A stretch of 64,000 nucleotides of DNA from Phoronis australis (lineage: Eukaryota > Animalia > Phoronida). A model generated the notes under the pieces. The model saw nothing but the letters and a program-made list of their open reading frames with translations, was not told where the DNA came from and searched no databases. The DNA is taken from contig NMRA01000711.1 of assembly GCA_002633005.1 (NCBI GenBank), positions 124,496-188,495 on the forward strand, read 5' to 3'. Position 1 is the stretch's first letter. Each line of letters starts with the position of its first letter. Shown piece after piece: positions 61,776 to 64,000 of this stretch. Made by a program: the position numbers and the translations under genes.

Positions 61776-63805
61776 GTAATATATAACAGTCATGTACATT
61801 TATTTAATGTATAGTTGAACAGCTGAACTGTTCTGGGTCATGTATTGACATAACATTTTGTTAAATGGTGAATCAATGATTCTCGACCCATTAGATGTTT
61901 TTGATATATGCTTTTCCCAGAAGATTAATGTTAAAGGAATGTTAGTCTGTGTTCAATGTGAAATGAATGCTTTCAATATGATATTAAGATGCCTGGACGA
62001 AAGCATTATCAAAGAGTTTCACCAGTTTCACTGTGAAAGTTGACGTGTTTTACAAAATGAAATTAGACAGTCGTTCAGGGTATGTACTTTTCTCACCTTA
62101 TTAGGGCATTGCCTCATTCAAAAAGTTTTGTGAAAAAGCCCTTATTTGACTGTCTCTATAAAACATTTTTTTCACCAATGTCCTATACCTAGAGGCTCTG
62201 ATACCATGCTTTGCCATATCAGTTTTGTTGCCATGGTTTTGCATTATCCTCATCACGACTTTTCACTTGTTGATTTTAACCGATATGCTACTCATAACTA
62301 TTTGATTTGCTCTCCATTATTTCACCAGATTGGATCATCCTAAAATAATTCATCATTCTGAACAGCTGTAGGACAATTAAGCAAATTGCAATTATGGCCA
62401 CTGAAATCCAGCAACACCTGATGCCTGTAATCATGGCTGGTTTCATGGTGTTTTGTATACAGTGTACCTACAGGCTCTGAGTTTTATCTTGTGCTTTGAT
62501 AATTATATACCTGTAGGTGGCTCTGGGTGTATAGTGCTTTGATATACCTGTAGCTGACTGAGTTTATCTTGTTGTTTTTATACACAGTCCTGTAGGTAGT
62601 TATGGGTTGATGTTTAGACACCTGCAGGTGGTTGCTTGTTTATAGTGTTTTCATACACCAGTAGGTGGATCAGTGTTTCTGGTGTGTTTATATACTGGTG
62701 GATGGCTGTGGCACAGGCGACTAGCTTGTCGTCATATTTGTCTTTGCTTATTCAGTTAATTTTTTTATGCAATTAAGACGAATGTTCAGTTTATGATGTC
62801 ATAACTTTCTTGCACGCCATATGTAAGACATTACGCACCATTTCCCTGGACTGTTAAACCAAGAAATTTCAGTGTCAGAGTTTAGACACAAAAAAGAATC
62901 AGCAGTACTGTTGAAAGTTGAGTCTAATTTCTCTGAAAGTTAATCGTTTTTCTCAGTTCGAAGTTCACAGCATTTTTGAACGTTTCTTTGGAGATAGTAT
63001 TTTTTAAATATCGGTTAGTGTCAGATGAGCTGTTTTCAACATAATTGTTGGATTATGTGAGCTTAATTATCAGATAAATGCAGACATTGAGAGAGCTGGA
63101 CTATGCAAACATTGGTTTACCAACTTTCTCTCCTTTCTATCACTGTCAAACTGATGACAACGCAGCTGTATCCCGAGTTTGCAATCTGCAAAATTAGGAA
63201 TCTCACCCACAGGGCGGGGGTAATGTATTAATTTGAAGAAACAAAAATCATTCATTTTATTTCTTTGTTAATTTTCTGTATTTCTTGATTGATAAGGTTT
63301 TCATAGTGTCCACATTTTCCCTAGTTTTTTCAAGTTCCGTTACGAGCATCATTTGGTGGTGGGCCGATTTCTGTAATGTTGTCATGTACACCATAAAAAT
63401 GTGAATTGTGCTTGGAAAATGAACCCATGCACTGAAATTGGAACGTTATACAAAAATTACAAAAAAATGTAGTAAACCTTCAAAGAAAAATATCATAATG
63501 GCAACTTTAACAATTATATTTACCCAAACCGAACAGTTTTTATTCCACTTTTTGTGTGCTCACTCACAGGTAAATAAAATATTTTTATAATTATGTAGTT
63601 CTCCTTAAAGTATGTTAGTCATTGGCACAGCCAATATACTGCAAATTTAATATATTGTTAGTGGTTTTCACTTATAAAATCCATGTTGGTTCATTTGTTT
63701 GTTTAGTTGTTATTAGTATGTATTACAGTAGTGTGCAAAGTAAGTGAACAAGTTCACACGGTCAGTCTCTTGCAACAAGTTCACACAGTCCATCTTCACC
63801 TGCAG

Positions 63806-63934
63806 GTCCCACGCAGTGTGATGAAAACAATGGTGGTTGTCAGTTCATCTGTCTGCCAGTTGGACAGAAGGATGTGAAATGTCACTGCACACATGGACGC
63901 AGACTACTGCAGGATGCTAAGAACTGTACAATAG
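63806..63934 (+). CDS. LRP-like exon 7, EGF-like domain (gene continues beyond window)
   Basis: cctgcag acceptor and gtatgg donor, phase 1-1. CDENNGGCQFICLP...KCHCTHGRRLLQDAKNC is the post-propeller EGF of the LDLR/LRP family. Confidence 0.92.
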
Positions 63935-64000
63935 GTATGGAGTGTGTTTGATAATGATTATAGAGTCGTTGGAAACTGAGACAAGAGGGGCGAGGTGGTG

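Overview
Eukaryotic (animal, probably marine invertebrate) genomic DNA: AT-rich, with GT-AG introns, many transposon fragments and one assembly gap (39544-40207). Three spliced genes were rebuilt by hand from splice sites and intron phases. (1) The 3' part of NIFK/Nop15 on + (four exons, 1033-5964). (2) A STELLO/DUF288-like type II glycosyltransferase on - (five coding exons, 28758-10510, about 1092 aa) with a long Gln/Gly-rich repeat insert. (3) The 5' part of an LRP5/6-like signal peptide + YWTD beta-propeller + EGF gene on + (seven exons, 43924-63934, continuing past the window). Introns and intergenic DNA hold DINE-1/Helentron-like elements whose internal repeats carry CTCF-consensus motifs, TTAA-flanked Kolobok-like foldback elements with a THAP start in each arm, two young foldback elements with 9-bp target-site duplications (TSDs), small 5/6-bp-TSD MITEs, a Penelope GIY-YIG relic, a tRNA-like SINE head and many minisatellites. 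No prokaryotic system or CRISPR array is supported. All family assignments come from motif recognition, not database searches.
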